Source of the DNA: an uncultured bacterium
GTDB lineage: Bacteria > Abyssobacteria > SURF-5
Length of the DNA: 33,251 bases
Assembly: GCA_964510165.1 (NCBI GenBank)
Contig: CAZEBC010000023.1
Span: 1-33,251 of the forward strand
Direction: 5' to 3'
A program made the translations under genes and the position numbers. Position 1 is the first letter of the stretch; each line of letters opens with the position of its first letter. This document shows, one piece after another, positions 8,770 through 18,124 of this stretch. The notes under the pieces were generated by a model that searched no databases, was not told the origin of the DNA, and saw only the letters and a program-made list of their open reading frames with translations.

Positions 8770-9698
8770 AGGCGGGCAGCAATCTCGAACGAATCCTCAG
8801 CGAGGGCAAATTCGCGGCCACGGCCGAACTCGGCCCCCCCAAGAGCGCCGACTCCGAGGCGATTTACAAGAAGGTTGGCATCCTGAAGGGGAAGGTCGAT
8901 GCCGTCAACATAACCGACAACCAGACGGCGATTGTGCGCATGTCCAGCATTGGGGCCGCCAAGCTCGTCGTTGACAAGGGCCTGGAGCCGATCATGCAGA
9001 TGGTCTGCCGCGACCGCAACCGCATCGCCATGCAGAGCGACATCCTCGGCGCCTATGCGCTCGGCATCCGGAACGTGCTCTGTCTGACGGGCGACCACCA
9101 GAAATTCGGCAACCATCCGACTTCGAAGAACGTGTTCGACCTCGATTCGCTTCAGCTCCTGCAGATGTTCAGGAACATGCGCGACAACAAGGTCTTTCAG
9201 AACGGAGAGGAAATCCGCAACACCAAGAAGGCCCCGGTCGTCGAGCCCAAGATGTTCCTTGGGGCCGCCGAGAATCCGTTCGCACATCCCTACGAGTTCA
9301 GGGCGATCCGGCTGAAGAAGAAGCTCAACGCGGGCGCCGATTTCATCCAGACCCAGTGCATCTTCGACGTGCCCAGATTCAAGGAATGGATGAAAGAGGT
9401 CGTGGACATGGGCGTCCACGAGAAGCTGTACATCCTCGCGGGAGTGATGCCGATCAAGTCGCCCAAGGTGCTCGAATACATGAAGAACAACGTGGCAGGC
9501 ATGTCCATCCCTGACAGCCTCGTCGAACGAATGAAGGGAGCAAGCGACCCGAAGCAGGAAGGAGTAAACTTCGTGGTCGAGTTGATAAATGAGGTGAGAC
9601 AGATAGAAGGCATACGGGGCGTGCACATCATGGCAGTCGAATGGGAGGAAATAGTTCCCGAGATCGTCGAGCGCGCCGGCCTTCTGCCAAGGCCGTAA
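8766..9698 (+). CDS. metF: Methylenetetrahydrofolate reductase MetF
   Basis: TAELGPPK, NITDN, CRDRNRIA, LTGDH, GADFIQTQ, GVHIM. ATG 8766 overlaps the metV stop (ATGA). Confidence 0.93.
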   Translation: MKAGSNLERILSEGKFAATAELGPPKSADSEAIYKKVGILKGKVDAVNITDNQTAIVRMSSIGAAKLVVDKGLEPIMQMVCRDRNRIAMQSDILGAYALGIRNVLCLTGDHQKFGNHPTSKNVFDLDSLQLLQMFRNMRDNKVFQNGEEIRNTKKAPVVEPKMFLGAAENPFAHPYEFRAIRLKKKLNAGADFIQTQCIFDVPRFKEWMKEVVDMGVHEKLYILAGVMPIKSPKVLEYMKNNVAGMSIPDSLVERMKGASDPKQEGVNFVVELINEVRQIEGIRGVHIMAVEWEEIVPEIVERAGLLPRP

Positions 9699-9747
9699 TT
9701 GATTTATGTCCACGTTACAACATTTAGTCAGAAAGGTCATGGGAGGG

Positions 9748-9776
9748 TTGATGCCGCCAGTCAAATCTGGTATACT
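9748..9776 (+). promoter_or_regulatory. sigma70-type internal promoter upstream of cooS
   Basis: TTGATG (9748-9753), 17 bp, TATACT (9771-9776), with TG extended -10. Confidence 0.6.
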
Positions 9777-9848
9777 GGATGTGTCGTTTTCGGCCCGTCT
9801 CGAAGTTTTTCTGGCTACCCCGGCTGACATCATCGCAAGGAGAGTCAC

Positions 9849-11807
9849 ATGAAAGAAAAGTCTGTAGATAAGGCCACGTTGGAGATGATGGAGAAGGCGA
9901 AGTGCGAGAATGTATGCACCGCTTTCGAGCGCTCCGACATGCAGGACCCGCGCTGCGGGTTCGGCGAGCTTGGCGTGTGCTGCCAGCAATGCTACATGGG
10001 GCCCTGCAGGGTCGATCCCTTCGGCAAGGGCGCTCAGTACGGCGCATGCGGCATAGACGCCGACGGGATCGTGGCGCGAAATATCGCGCGCGCGACCTGC
10101 TCGGGCGCCGCAGCCCACTCCGACCATGGCCGCGACGTAGCCCACAATCTGTATATGACCGCCAAGGGCAAGACGCAAGGGTATGAGATCAAGGATGTTC
10201 AGAGATTGTTTGCGCTTGCGCAGGAACTCGGCATTGACACCTCGAGCGGCGACGAGAAGAAGATCGCCGCCGAGGTCGCCCATGTCTGCCTCGGACAGTT
10301 CGGCCAGCAGGAAGGCGAACTCCTGATGGCGCAGCGCGCTCCCGAAAAGCAGAAGGAGCGCTGGCGCAAGCTGAAGGTCATGCCGCGCGGGATTGACCGC
10401 GAGATCGTCGAACTGATGCACATGGTGCACATGGGCATGGACGCCGATTATCGAAACCTGTTGATGCACGCGATCAAGGCCGGCCTGGGCGACGGATGGG
10501 GCGGCTCGATGATCGCGACCGACCTCACCGATATCCAGTTTGGCAGTCCGACCCCGATTCGCTCGAAGGCCAACCTCGGCGTGCTCGGCGAGAATACGGT
10601 CAACATCGTTGTGCACGGCCACGAGCCAACGCTCTCCGAGATGATCGTAAAGGTGGCCCGCAGTTCCGAAATGAAGGAGCTCGCCAAGCAAAAGGGCGCC
10701 GAGGACGTCGTGGTTGCGGGAATCTGCTGCACCGCGAACGAGATACTGATGCGGCAGGGTGCGCCGCTTGCAGGCAATTACCTGCAGCAGGAACTCGCAA
10801 TAATCACGGGCGCGGTCGAGGCGATGGTGGTTGATGTGCAGTGCATCATGCCCGGCCTGAGCCAGGTTGCGCCCTGTTTCCACACAAAACTCATCACCAC
10901 GAGCAAGAAGGCACGGATTCCGGGGGCCCTCCACTACGAATTCAAGGAAGAAAAGGCGGTCGATATCGCGAAGCAGATCGTCACCGAGGCCATCGAGAAC
11001 TACGCAAAGCGCGACCGCAAGCGGGTGCAGATACCCAAGGAAACGAACGACCTCGTTGCCGGATTCACGACCGACAACGTGTTCTATCATCTGGGCGGCA
11101 AGTTCAGGCCGTCGTTCAAGCCGCTCAATGAAGGCATCATCCAGGGCCGTTTACGCGGCGTTGTGGGAGTGGTCGGCTGCAACAACACCAAGGTGGTGCA
11201 CGACTACAATCACCTGACGTTCGTGAAGGAACTCCTGAAGCACGACGTCCTGATCGTGACGACGGGATGCTCGGCCGGATGCCTCTCGAAACACGGGTAT
11301 CTTGATCCGGGCGAGGCGCTCCAGTATGTCGGCAATGGGCTCAGGGAGATTTGCGAGGCCGTCGGAATTCCGCCGGTCCTCCACGTCGGCTCATGCGTTG
11401 ACAACTCTCGCATCCTGACGGCCTGCATCGAGATGGTGAAGGAAGGCGGCATCGGCAAGGACCTGAGCCAGCTTCCAGTAGCGGGTTCCGCTCCCGAGGC
11501 GATGAGCACAAAGGCAACCTCCATCGGCCTGTACGTTGTTGCCTCGGGCATCACAACACACTTCAACCCGCCGTTCCAGGTGCACGGCAGCAAGAAGGTG
11601 CTCGAGTACCTCTCCAGCGAGATGGAGAAGGACTTTGGTGCGCACTTCATCTTCGAGGGCGACCCGAAAAAGGCCGCTCAGAAGGTAATCGAGGTGCTGA
11701 ACAAGAAACGCGAAGCGCTCAAACTGAAGCCCATGATGTATCCGCCCGTCAACGGCGAGGCTGAAAAGAAGGCGCAGAAAGGGGCTGCCGCAGCGGCGGG
11801 CAGCTAA
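9849..11807 (+). CDS. cooS: Anaerobic Ni,Fe carbon monoxide dehydrogenase catalytic subunit (CooS/AcsA)
   Basis: CGFG..GVCCQQCYMGPC (D/B clusters), AAHSDHG, and C-cluster ligand motifs HGHEP, GICCT, DVQC, VGCNN, TGC, GSCVD. Confidence 0.96.
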   Translation: MKEKSVDKATLEMMEKAKCENVCTAFERSDMQDPRCGFGELGVCCQQCYMGPCRVDPFGKGAQYGACGIDADGIVARNIARATCSGAAAHSDHGRDVAHNLYMTAKGKTQGYEIKDVQRLFALAQELGIDTSSGDEKKIAAEVAHVCLGQFGQQEGELLMAQRAPEKQKERWRKLKVMPRGIDREIVELMHMVHMGMDADYRNLLMHAIKAGLGDGWGGSMIATDLTDIQFGSPTPIRSKANLGVLGENTVNIVVHGHEPTLSEMIVKVARSSEMKELAKQKGAEDVVVAGICCTANEILMRQGAPLAGNYLQQELAIITGAVEAMVVDVQCIMPGLSQVAPCFHTKLITTSKKARIPGALHYEFKEEKAVDIAKQIVTEAIENYAKRDRKRVQIPKETNDLVAGFTTDNVFYHLGGKFRPSFKPLNEGIIQGRLRGVVGVVGCNNTKVVHDYNHLTFVKELLKHDVLIVTTGCSAGCLSKHGYLDPGEALQYVGNGLREICEAVGIPPVLHVGSCVDNSRILTACIEMVKEGGIGKDLSQLPVAGSAPEAMSTKATSIGLYVVASGITTHFNPPFQVHGSKKVLEYLSSEMEKDFGAHFIFEGDPKKAAQKVIEVLNKKREALKLKPMMYPPVNGEAEKKAQKGAAAAAGS

Positions 11808-11816
11808 GGACGATTC

Positions 11817-11850
11817 GGGGCGGCCCGCCCTCCCGGGGGGCGGGCGCCTT
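11817..11850 (+). other. GC-rich intergenic stem-loop between cooS and cooF
   Basis: GCCCGCCCTC-ccg-GGGGGCGGGC plus outer pairing; no long U-tract. Confidence 0.55.
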
Positions 11851-11889
11851 CGGTGATAGAAAGGCCCGAATTGGCCAAGGAGTGAACCC

Positions 11890-12522
11890 ATGCCGGGAAG
11901 TACAGTTGTACGACCGAAGCTCTGCACCGCCTGCAAGACCTGCGAATTGCAGTGCGCTGTCGTGCATTCGGAATCGAAGAATCTTTTTCTCGCAATCAGT
12001 GAGAGCCCGCAGCCCGAGGCGCGGATCGGCCTGAAGAAAGCCAAACGCGTTGTTGTGCCGGTGGTGTGCAGCCACTGCGAGAACCCGCCGTGCGTGGCGG
12101 TGTGCCCCGAGGGCGCTCTCTTCAAGAACGGACAGGACGCGCCCACGCTGCTCAACGAAAGCAAATGCACCGGTTGCGGGCTTTGCATCGAGGCCTGTCC
12201 TGTCGGCGCGCTCCAGATGGACCGCGCGGGCAAGATCGTGCTCAAGTGCGATCAATGCATCGAGCGGCAAAAGGAAGGGCTTCTGCCCGCATGCGTGACG
12301 GGCTGCCCGACTGGCGCGCTCGAGTGGCATACCGGTCGCATCCAATATGAGATTGATGCCGAACTCTGCAAAGCGTGCGGCATGTGCATCAAGGTGTGTC
12401 CGGTCGAGGCGATTACGGGGGCGAAGAAGACCCCGCACGTGATAAACAAAGAGAAGTGCATAAAATGCGGCAATTGCTTCACCGAATGCCCGTTTGATGC
12501 GATAAATGTTTTGGATATCTGA
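11890..12522 (+). CDS. cooF: CooF/HydN-like Fe-S electron-transfer protein with an extra C-terminal 2x[4Fe-4S] domain
   Basis: Four CooF-type Cys groups followed by CKACGMCIKVCP and CIKCGNCFTECP; 24 Cys in total. Confidence 0.8.
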   Translation: MPGSTVVRPKLCTACKTCELQCAVVHSESKNLFLAISESPQPEARIGLKKAKRVVVPVVCSHCENPPCVAVCPEGALFKNGQDAPTLLNESKCTGCGLCIEACPVGALQMDRAGKIVLKCDQCIERQKEGLLPACVTGCPTGALEWHTGRIQYEIDAELCKACGMCIKVCPVEAITGAKKTPHVINKEKCIKCGNCFTECPFDAINVLDI

Positions 12523-12559
12523 GGATCGGTGATCTCATCCCCTTAACGGAGGTAAGGAC

Positions 12560-14737
12560 ATGTCAAAAATCGTAGCTTCGGCGGCCATTCGCGGAGCGCA
12601 CTCGTGGGTGGAAGAAGCGGAAGCCGCCCTCAAGCAGGCCATAGAGGCAAAAGGGGAAGACCAGAAGCTGGAATTCCCCGAAACCGCGTTTTACTTGCCG
12701 ATGGCGTACTCGCTGCTCGGAATGGAAGTCAATACGCTCGGCAAGGCAAAGAAGATCATGGAACGCGCCCGGCAGCTTCTGCCGCCGGTCCCCAGCGAGA
12801 AGGTATGGCTGCCGTATCTCGGGCCCACGCTCGATGCCGGCATCGCCACGCTGCTCTCGACCGAGATGATAACCGCGCTCCGCTACCTGCGCGGAGAACT
12901 CCCCGCCGAAGGCGACCAGGGGTTCATCTCCGACACAATTCTACGTCAGCTCGGCATTCAGCTCGTGGACGGCAGAATGCCCGGTTTCGCGGCAATCCTC
13001 GGTTCGGCGCCCACCAATGAGATCGCCGTCAAGGTCGTTCGTGAATTGCAGCAGCGCAACATCCTCGTGTTCCTTTGCGACCACAACAACGGCACGACCA
13101 TGCGCCAGCAACTCGAGGCGGAAAAGGTTGAGCTCGGATGGGACACCTACATCGTTCCGCTGGGGCCGGACCTTGTATCGGGCATTTATGCGCTCAACTG
13201 GGCAATCCGAGGCGCGCTCACCTTCGGCGGCAACAAGCGCGGCGAATTCATCAAATGCCTCGAGTACACACGTGACCGCGTGTTCGCGTTCGGACTCGTG
13301 TTCGGCGAGGTGACCGACCGCCGTTACGCCGTCGGCGCCGGCGCCATCAACATGGGGTTCTGCGTCATCGCGGACACCAATATACCCGAAATCCGCCCGA
13401 GCGGCGTGACCCTGTTCGAGGCGCTCGTACGGGAGCTCGACCACGAAAAGCTCGTGCCCACCTGCATCCAGACCCGTGGCGTGAAAGTGAAGATCGAAAG
13501 GATTCCAATTCCGGTCAACTACGCGGCGGCGTTCGAGGGCGAGCGCGTACGCAAGGAACAGCTTGCCGTGGAATTCGGCGGCAAGAATTCGACCGCCTTC
13601 GAGTGGCTCCGGATGAAGGACTTGAGCGAAGTCGAAGACGGCAAGATCACGCTTGTCGGCGACGACCTGGACACCGTGCCCGAGGGCAAAGCGATGAACC
13701 TCGGCATAATCGTCGATGTCGCAGGCCGCAAGATGCAGCGCGACTTCGAGCCCATCCTGGAACGCCAGATTCACCACCTCATCAACGGAGCAATGGGCGT
13801 CATGCACGTCGGCCAGCGCGACATCGTGTGGATTCGCATGAGCAAGGACGCCAAGGCCAAAGGATTCCGTCTGAAGCATCTCGGCAATATCATTCATGTC
13901 AAGCTGCTTCAGGATTTCCCGGCCATCGCCGACAAGGTGCAGGTGACCATATATACCAAGAAGGAAGACGTGACCAGGCTGCTCGCCGAAGCGAAAAAGA
14001 GCTATGCCGAGCGCGATGCGCGCGTGGCTGGCATGACGGACGAGAGCGTCGACACCTTCTACTCCTGCACGCTGTGCCAGTCGTTCGCGCCCACGCACGT
14101 GTGCATAATCAGCCCCGAGCGGCTCGGGCTGTGCGGCGCCTACAACTGGCTCGACGGCAAGGCCGCCTTCGAGATCAATCCGACCGGCCCGAACCAGCCA
14201 ATCGAGAAGGGCGAGGTCATCGACGCGGTCAGAGGCCAATGGGAAAACGTCAACAAGTTCGTCAACGCCAAGTCCAACAAGAAGATCGAGCGCTTTAACG
14301 CCTACTCGATGATGGTGGACCCGATGACCTCCTGCGGCTGCTTCGAGTGTATCGTGGCGATCGTGCCCGAGGCCAACGGAGTCATGGTAGTGAACCGCGA
14401 ATATGCGGGTATGACGCCCAGCGGGATGCCGTTCTCAACCCTCGCCAGCACAACAGGCGGCGGACTCCAGACCCCCGGTTTCCTCGGAGTGGGCAAGATG
14501 TACCTCACCAGCAGGAAGTTCATCTCGGCCGACGGCGGCCTGGCGCGGATCGTGTGGATGCCGAAGGACCTCAAGGAAACCATCCGCGAGCCTCTCGAGA
14601 AGCGCGCCAAGGAACTCGGTCTCGACGATTTTGTGAGCAAGATCGCTGATGAAACCGTGTGCGACAACGCGGCCGATTTGCTGCCGTTCCTGGAAAAAGT
14701 TGGCCATCCGGCGCTTACTATGCCGTCGATATTGTAG
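12560..14737 (+). CDS. acsB: Acetyl-CoA synthase (bacterial type, with N-terminal domain)
   Basis: AFEGERVR, A-cluster motifs CTLCQSFAPTHVC...GLCGA and PMTSCGCFEC, GGGLQTPGF. Confidence 0.96.
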   Translation: MSKIVASAAIRGAHSWVEEAEAALKQAIEAKGEDQKLEFPETAFYLPMAYSLLGMEVNTLGKAKKIMERARQLLPPVPSEKVWLPYLGPTLDAGIATLLSTEMITALRYLRGELPAEGDQGFISDTILRQLGIQLVDGRMPGFAAILGSAPTNEIAVKVVRELQQRNILVFLCDHNNGTTMRQQLEAEKVELGWDTYIVPLGPDLVSGIYALNWAIRGALTFGGNKRGEFIKCLEYTRDRVFAFGLVFGEVTDRRYAVGAGAINMGFCVIADTNIPEIRPSGVTLFEALVRELDHEKLVPTCIQTRGVKVKIERIPIPVNYAAAFEGERVRKEQLAVEFGGKNSTAFEWLRMKDLSEVEDGKITLVGDDLDTVPEGKAMNLGIIVDVAGRKMQRDFEPILERQIHHLINGAMGVMHVGQRDIVWIRMSKDAKAKGFRLKHLGNIIHVKLLQDFPAIADKVQVTIYTKKEDVTRLLAEAKKSYAERDARVAGMTDESVDTFYSCTLCQSFAPTHVCIISPERLGLCGAYNWLDGKAAFEINPTGPNQPIEKGEVIDAVRGQWENVNKFVNAKSNKKIERFNAYSMMVDPMTSCGCFECIVAIVPEANGVMVVNREYAGMTPSGMPFSTLASTTGGGLQTPGFLGVGKMYLTSRKFISADGGLARIVWMPKDLKETIREPLEKRAKELGLDDFVSKIADETVCDNAADLLPFLEKVGHPALTMPSIL

Positions 14738-14772
14738 TTAACTTCTGACAGGTTGCGGGTCTTAATCAGAGA

Positions 14773-14803
14773 CAGACCATGGGCGATACACGCCCATGGT
14801 CTG
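14773..14803 (+). other. Perfect 13-bp stem-loop between acsB and acsC
   Basis: CAGACCATGGGCG-ATACA-CGCCCATGGTCTG; no U-tract. Confidence 0.65.
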
Positions 14804-14826
14804 CCGCACATCAAAGGAGAGGTTAG

Positions 14827-16170
14827 ATGGCACTGACAGGTCTTGACATCTACAAGCTGTTACCGAAAACCAACTGCGGAGAGTGTAAGTCGCCAACCTG
14901 CCTCGCGTTTGCCATGCGAGTGGCACAGAAGCAGGCGTCCATTGACCAGTGCCCCCATGTGACCGCGGAGGCCAAGGCGCAACTGGGCGCCGCCTCAGCC
15001 CCCCCGATCCAACGCGTCGAGATAGGTACAGGCAACGCCAAGCTGGTGCTGGGAAACGAGACTGTTCTGTTCAGGCACGAGGAATCGTTTCATCATCCAA
15101 CCGGCATCGCCATCACGGTTTCCGACAATCTGTCGGAACAGGAGATCGCGGCGCGCGCCGACAAGATCGTGCATCTCCTGTTCGAGCGCGTCGGCACGAA
15201 GATAGCCGTCGACATGGTGTGCGTCATGAACGATTCGGGCGACCCCGCCAAATTCCAGAAGGCTGTTAAGATAGTCGCCGAAAAATGCCCGATGGCGCTC
15301 ATACTCGGCAGCGACAAGCCGGATGCCCTGAAGGCCGCGCTGGAGGTATGCGGTGATAAGCGGCCCCTCTTGTGCGGCGCTAATTCCGCGAACCACGAGG
15401 CCGTGGTCGCTCTAGCGAAGGAAAAGAACTGTCCGGTTGTGGCGCGCGCTGAAGGCCTCGAAGCGCTCGCCGAACTGACTCAGAAAATCTCAAAGCTTGG
15501 CGTGAAGGAGATCGTGCTTGATTCCGGTTCCAAGGGAATCCGGCAGAGCCTTGAGGACCTGACCAAAGTGCGCCGTTACGCCCTAAAGAAGACTTTCCGC
15601 CCGCTCGGCTACCCCCAGCTCGCGTGCGTCATGGGCAACGGAGACCCGCTGCTCAAGATATTGAAGGCAGCGACCTTTGTCGCCAAATACGCGAGCATCG
15701 TGGTGACCGACGCCTTTGAGCCGTGGCAGCTCATGCCGCTTCTGACGGTCAGGCAGAACATTTATACCGACCCTCGCAAACCCCAGCAGGTAGAGCCGGG
15801 AATCCACAAGATCGGGGAAACCACGGCCAAGTCGCCGCTGCTTCTGACGACGAACTTCTCGCTCACCTACTACACCGTTGAGGGCGAGGTCGAAGGCTCG
15901 AAGGTTCCGACGAATATCCTCGTGGTTGACACCGAGGGAACCTCGGTGCTCACCGCGTGGGCGGCCGAGAAGTTTACCACTGACCAGATCTCGACCGCTA
16001 TGAAGAAGTACGAGGCCGAGAAAGTGGCCCCGCACAAGAAGATCGTCATTCCCGGCCTGATCGCGGTCGAAAGCGGAAAACTCCAGGAGGAGACCGGATG
16101 GGAAGTGGTCGTCGGCCCGAAAGAAGCGTCCGGCATTCCCTCATACCTTAAAGCCAACTGGAGCGCGTAG
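14827..16170 (+). CDS. acsC: Corrinoid iron-sulfur protein large subunit
   Basis: LPKTNCGECKSPTCLAFA..CP, FRHE, NIYTDP, TTNFSLTY, SVLTAWAA, GPKEAS. Confidence 0.96.
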   Translation: MALTGLDIYKLLPKTNCGECKSPTCLAFAMRVAQKQASIDQCPHVTAEAKAQLGAASAPPIQRVEIGTGNAKLVLGNETVLFRHEESFHHPTGIAITVSDNLSEQEIAARADKIVHLLFERVGTKIAVDMVCVMNDSGDPAKFQKAVKIVAEKCPMALILGSDKPDALKAALEVCGDKRPLLCGANSANHEAVVALAKEKNCPVVARAEGLEALAELTQKISKLGVKEIVLDSGSKGIRQSLEDLTKVRRYALKKTFRPLGYPQLACVMGNGDPLLKILKAATFVAKYASIVVTDAFEPWQLMPLLTVRQNIYTDPRKPQQVEPGIHKIGETTAKSPLLLTTNFSLTYYTVEGEVEGSKVPTNILVVDTEGTSVLTAWAAEKFTTDQISTAMKKYEAEKVAPHKKIVIPGLIAVESGKLQEETGWEVVVGPKEASGIPSYLKANWSA

Positions 16171-16175
16171 GAAGT

Positions 16176-18080
16176 TTGGCTCAGTGCAAAATCACATTCT
16201 TGCCCGACGGCAAGGAGGCGGCCGCCAGTTCCGATGAAACGCTCCTTGACGCCGCCCGGCGCGCGGGTGTGTATGTCCACTCGCTGTGCGGCGGCGACAT
16301 GATCTGCGGCAAGTGCCGCCTCGTCATCAAGGAAGGACAGGTCTTTGAAGAGCAGCATATGTTGCTCTCGCGCGAGGAAGTGCGTCTCGGGTACGTCCTC
16401 GCCTGCGCAAGCCATCCTCGAAGCGACTTGGTTGTCGAAGTTCCCATCGAGTCGCGCATGGAGGGCAAGCAGATACTCGTCGACGAGGACGCCCAGCGAT
16501 TCAGCGGGCTGGCTCGCGTTGACCTGGCCAAGTACGAGTTCGAACATTCCCCGCTCACACAAAAATACTATCTCGACATTCCGCCGCCTTCGCTTCAGGA
16601 CAGCCTCTCGGACCTGAGCCGGCTGTACCGCTCCATTCGCGCGCATGTCGAGGCCCCTATCATGCAGACCGGCCTGAAAAACATTCGCCGGCTCCCGCAG
16701 ATTCTGAGGCGGGGCGATTGGAAGGTCACCTGCACGCTGGGCCAGCGCGGCGGCACGGTCGAGATCATCGAGATAGAAGAGGGCGACACCTCGGACAGGA
16801 ATTGCGGCGTGGCGGTCGATGTGGGCACGACTACCGTGGTCGCGCACCTTATCGATCTGAAGACATCGAAAATCCTGGCGACCGACGCCACGTACAACTC
16901 GCAGATCGCGTTCGGCGAGGACGTCATCACCAGGCTCATCTACGCCAAGGAAGAGGTGGGTGGACGCGAGCGGCTGCACGAGGCCATCGTGGGCAACATC
17001 AACATGCTCATCACCAACACCGTCAGCGCCGCGGGCGTGAACATCCAGGACGTCTCCTGTGTCCTCTGCGCGGGCAACACAACGATGATGCATTTTCTGC
17101 ATGACCTCGACTCAACCAATATCAGGCGCGAGCCTTATATTCCGGCGGCCACGCATATCCCGCCGGTCAGGGCCATCGAGGTCGGCATACAGATCAATCC
17201 GCGCGGACTGCTCTATTCGGTCCCGAGCGTCAGCAGCTACGTGGGCGGCGATATTGTCTCGGGCGTGCTCGCCTCAGGCATTTACCGCTCGCCGGAGCTG
17301 TCCATGCTCATAGACGTGGGAACCAATGGCGAGATCGTCATTGGGAACAGCGACTGGATGGTGTGCTGCTCAGCCTCGGCAGGCCCGGCCTTCGAGGGCG
17401 GCGAAGTCAAGTTCGGCATGCGGGCCGCTCACGGCGCTATCGAGAAGGTGAAGGTGAGCGATGGCGGCGAGGTCGTGGATGTCGTTGTGATCGCGGACGA
17501 GAAGCCGCGCGGTATCTGCGGATCGGGCCTTATCGATGTCATATCCGAACTGAGACGAGCAGGCATCGTCGACAGAATGGCCCGATTTGCCGAGCCGGGC
17601 GAATGCAGCCGGCTCAGGCGCACCGACGACGGCGTGGAATTCGTGCTGGCGTATGCCGACGAGACCGCCATCGGGCGAGACATCGTCCTCACTCAGCCGG
17701 ACATTGATAACCTGGTGCGCTCAAAGGCGGCGGTCTATGCGGGCGCCTCTGTCCTCATCAAGAGTCTGAACCTCGGTTTCGACGACCTTGAGCATCTGTA
17801 TATCGCGGGCGGTTTCGGCAATTACCTGGATTTGCCCGCCGCCGTCGCCATCGGGCTTCTGCCCGACATCCCGCTCGAGAAGGTCAAATTCATCGGCAAC
17901 AGTTCGCTCAGCGGCGCCAAACTGGCGATTCTCTCGCGGGAGGCGTTCGCAGAAGTGGAAAACATCGCGCAGAAAATGACATACATCGACCTCAGCAGCA
18001 ACTTGCAGTTTATGGACGAATATAGCTCCGCCCTGTTTCTGCCGCATACCAATCTGGAGCTATTTCCGTCAGTCACATAA
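16176..18080 (+). CDS. acsV: Reductive activator of corrinoid Fe-S protein (RACo/AcsV; [2Fe-2S] plus ASKHA ATPase)
   Basis: CGGDMICGKC..LAC, DVGTTT, GEDVITR, DVGTNGE, AGPAFEG, GICGSG, AGGFG, LPHT; TTG start. Confidence 0.9.
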   Translation: MAQCKITFLPDGKEAAASSDETLLDAARRAGVYVHSLCGGDMICGKCRLVIKEGQVFEEQHMLLSREEVRLGYVLACASHPRSDLVVEVPIESRMEGKQILVDEDAQRFSGLARVDLAKYEFEHSPLTQKYYLDIPPPSLQDSLSDLSRLYRSIRAHVEAPIMQTGLKNIRRLPQILRRGDWKVTCTLGQRGGTVEIIEIEEGDTSDRNCGVAVDVGTTTVVAHLIDLKTSKILATDATYNSQIAFGEDVITRLIYAKEEVGGRERLHEAIVGNINMLITNTVSAAGVNIQDVSCVLCAGNTTMMHFLHDLDSTNIRREPYIPAATHIPPVRAIEVGIQINPRGLLYSVPSVSSYVGGDIVSGVLASGIYRSPELSMLIDVGTNGEIVIGNSDWMVCCSASAGPAFEGGEVKFGMRAAHGAIEKVKVSDGGEVVDVVVIADEKPRGICGSGLIDVISELRRAGIVDRMARFAEPGECSRLRRTDDGVEFVLAYADETAIGRDIVLTQPDIDNLVRSKAAVYAGASVLIKSLNLGFDDLEHLYIAGGFGNYLDLPAAVAIGLLPDIPLEKVKFIGNSSLSGAKLAILSREAFAEVENIAQKMTYIDLSSNLQFMDEYSSALFLPHTNLELFPSVT

Positions 18081-18124
18081 GATTCGAGAACCGTTCGTAT
18101 CCAAACTGAGAAACGGAGGAGCTT

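Noticed and set aside
8646-11090. 814-aa minus-strand ORF and other long antisense ORFs (669-2096, 12941-14239, 15870-17102 and similar)
   Set aside because: They lie opposite well-supported + strand genes and carry no recognisable motifs; typical shadow ORFs of GC-rich coding DNA
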